A stretch of 64,000 nucleotides of DNA from Balanoglossus misakiensis (taxonomy: Eukaryota > Animalia > Hemichordata), in NCBI GenBank assembly GCA_040954595.2, contig CM082589.2, forward strand, positions 7,561,186 to 7,625,185. Direction: 5' to 3'. Below the pieces are notes generated by a model, which saw only the letters and a program-made list of their open reading frames with translations, was not told where the DNA came from and ran no database searches. Below are positions 61,266 to 64,000 of the stretch, in pieces. The stretch's first letter is position 1. The number at the start of each line of letters is the position of its first letter. The translations under genes were made by a program, and so were the position numbers.

Positions 61266-63636
61266 TTACACTAAGTCTTTTACTTTGCAAACTCGATAAC
61301 GATAACCTTCGCATCTATATATTTCACTATCACTGGCATAGGCAGATATCATGTTTTTTCCGTTACCAGGAGGCTGTAATGAAAATAAGAGAAACCATGT
61401 TGGATACCTTCTGTCTGGCACTTCAAATATCACTCTCCTCACCCCCAGTTCTTTCTATTGAGGTCCAACTTTACCATAGAAAACAATGGATGTGGGCCAA
61501 ACCATGGTGGTGAAAGGGTTAAAAACAGAGTTCACTTAAACATGGCAGAGATTTTTCAGACAAAAAATTGTGTGGTGTGCATACCAACTTTTTTAGACTT
61601 TGTGTATCGTGAGTTCTGATATGTAGCTGTGGATGAGATGTGTTACAAAACACATGTTGACTGGCTTTTCTGGCAACAGCATACGTCTTTCACCCCTCGG
61701 GACTGTGAGTCACCCCCCAAAACAGACGGTTTTCCCTCGGCCTTCGCCCCCGGGAAAACTGTCTTTTGGGGGGTGACTCACAGTCCCTCGGGTTACAGAC
61801 GTATGCTGTTGCCCTCATGGCCAGTCAACATGTGTACAGTTACCCTCATGGACAGTCAATATGTGCATAATGTACCGGTAATCTTTATTAAGAAATCTCA
61901 TCACAGAACTAGATGGAAAGCAGCAAGCAATGAGGGTTCACTTACCACAAGTTGAATCAGCCACTGGTTTCTCTGTAAGGAAAAGTTTATGTAGTGTGAG
62001 TTTAGAATACAAAATTAAAGGTACAACAGTCATACTTTGGTGTGTTTTTCCCCAGAATGCACTATTTAAAGCCATACAAATTCAGTTTCTTTCTTTCTTT
62101 TAAAGATACCGCATACAAAACGGACACTTTGAGGAATTATTATTTTCTGTCAGTTATTCCTAACCCTCAAAAGTATGGTACATACAGTTTTCTTGGAGTC
62201 ATGATATTGTGGAACCAATCATGTACAGTGGACAACAATTAATTATGCAGTGGTTATGAGGCTACAGTAGCAAGCAATGTATTTTGCATCAATAGTAGAT
62301 TGAAATTAGGTGAAGAAAGACCTTTTTTGTTAGACAACACCCTTCATAAGGCAAAAAGAAACAAAAGAAATGTTTCTGGTCAGGCCTTTCTTTAAAAATG
62401 GTGCAGCGACACGAATCCCCCCCCCCCTCCCCCTCCCCCTCAAGGGAGGAAGGACGTTCAGTTTTGTAGTTTTATCAATATAGTCACATGTATACTGTTC
62501 ATGCAGTCACTGATCACGCACCCCAAAGTGTCCAGTGATTTATATCTAGTTGAAGCAGTTTCCGAGTTTTCTGTGGATGCCACCACAAAACGAGAAAAAA
62601 AGGGTGACGCACTGTTATTTAAGTGACGCGTGCACAGACCAGAAACATTTCTTTCTTTTTTTTGGCCTAACATGCAAATAGAACACTACTTACCTCAAAG
62701 ATAGACCTGTATTCTGACAGTACCAACTTGTCAATTTGGGGGAAGTTGACTTTACCCAATGCTTCAGCCAGGACAGATACAAACGTCACAGCTTTTCCAA
62801 CTGAACTGACTGCAACTTGATCACATTGATCAACACCAGCTTTGGCATTAGCTATTAACACATTCGAGACGTGATTTAAGTACTGACGAAAGAAAAAAAA
62901 TTGAGAAATTCAAGTAAATATGTTTGCAAAAAATAAATATTGTGTTTGGAAAAATGATAGCCACACACAATATATAACAAAACTACACAGTTTGATTTTG
63001 CCAAGTTGGTTATGGCCATAAATTAGTCATAAGGCCAAACAAAAAATATGTGCTGTTCTGATTACATGGTTTTCAAAAATAGGGTAGGTAGGAGTAAAGA
63101 CACGTTTTATTGGCTGAAATTGGTCACATTGTCTGATGTCAACCAATCAGAAATTTGTTTATATTGTTTACAGAGCACATTTTCCACTATGTGACTGATA
63201 GTGTTGAGAAGTACTATCAAATGTGGAGATGTCTCAAATTTACAGAGTTAAACAATTTGTTATTTTTGCTTATTGTCAAATTTCTGGGTTGAAATTTTTT
63301 CTCTGCATAAAAAGAGGTGGCCAAATAACAGTAGTCGAATCACTGAAAAAATTATGGAAAATATATTCTCTCAAATACTGACTACAACTCAAGGACAACT
63401 CAACAAATTATATCTCCCAGAGAACTGAAATTCTTTTCTGAGAACCCTTACTGTGGCATCCTGGTGCATACAGTGGAATTGTGATTCAACTGGTGCCTGT
63501 TTATTGTGGATAAAACTATAAATGATAATAGGGTGATAAAAAATCATTTACTTACACATACACTGTGTACCCACGGTTCTGGTTCCGGAATAGTTTCATT
63601 TACATATCTCTTCTTCATCCACTTAACCATGTCAAC
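61266..63636 (-). CDS. 3' end of an unidentified protein-coding gene (partial; continues beyond the identified exons)
   Basis: Exons 63636-63556 (VDMVKWMKKRYVNETIPEPEPWVHSVC), 62882-62694 (YLNHVSN...SEYRSIFE), 61972-61946 (RNQWLIQLV) and 61373-61266 (PPGNGKNM...CKVKDLV*) all splice in phase 0, with canonical AG acceptors and GTAAGT donors. Family not recognised. Confidence 0.65.
61648..61836. mobile_element. Crypton-like hairpin element
   Basis: Palindrome acatgttgactggc ... gccagtcaacatgt centred on ccctcggccttcgccccggg. Confidence 0.6.
62350..62667. mobile_element. PIF/Harbinger-type MITE
   Basis: TAA TSD; TIR GGC(A/C)AAAAA....AAAGAAATGTTTCTGGTC. Confidence 0.75.
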
Positions 63637-64000
63637 CTTAAATTAAAAGAATGTCATATCGCATAGGTAAAAATCAAGAATTCTGATGAAATTTGGTGTA
63701 GACAAAACCACATGTACATAGCAATATACAAATTTATACATATTTATAGTTGTTTGTGACAATACACTACCCGGAGTTGACTCTATGGCAGTCGCTGTGC
63801 CTGTCAATAGGGAATGGAACTTTTATACTGCGTAAGATACGCCACCAGGCAAAGCGACTGTATATGTTTCTGTACTCTACATGTGGTATGTTGAACACCT
63901 ATTTCCTGGCCATGAGCCGTTACCCCCGAGGGGATGTGAGTTACCAGAATCACATGCTATTTCCCTAGTCCATAGTATACTTACACTGTTACATATGGCT

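Noticed and set aside
63770-63890. Possible further exon of the unknown gene (EYRNIYSRFAWWRIL...)
   Set aside because: No convincing phase-0 donor joins it to the exon at 63636; left unannotated.

Overview
AT-rich, intron-containing animal genomic DNA, not prokaryotic. It is probably a marine ambulacrarian deuterostome (hemichordate or echinoderm), inferred from the sea-urchin speract/resact-receptor-like cyclases; I could not verify this. Manual splicing gives five complete genes and one partial gene: (1) a histamine N-methyltransferase-like gene (311-2159, +); (2) a CYP20-like P450 (2531-10175, +); (3) a ~2139-aa secreted astacin metalloprotease with 14 tandem CUB exons joined by Gly-rich micro-exons and two C-terminal hevein-like modules (12958-33742, +); (4, 5) two speract-receptor-like membrane guanylate cyclases arranged head-to-head with ATGs ~465 bp apart (34497-49050 on -, 49515-59533 on +); and (6) the 3' end of an unidentified gene (61266-63636, -). 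Introns carry many non-autonomous DNA transposons: TTAA-flanked Kolobok-type and piggyBac-type MITEs, TWA-flanked Harbinger-type MITEs, and Crypton-like hairpins. The best candidates for new biology are the divergently transcribed cyclase pair with apparently complementary divergence (a possible heteromeric sperm-peptide receptor) and the recombining, micro-exon-linked CUB array on the neighbouring protease. All homology calls rest on motif recognition from memory, not on database searches.
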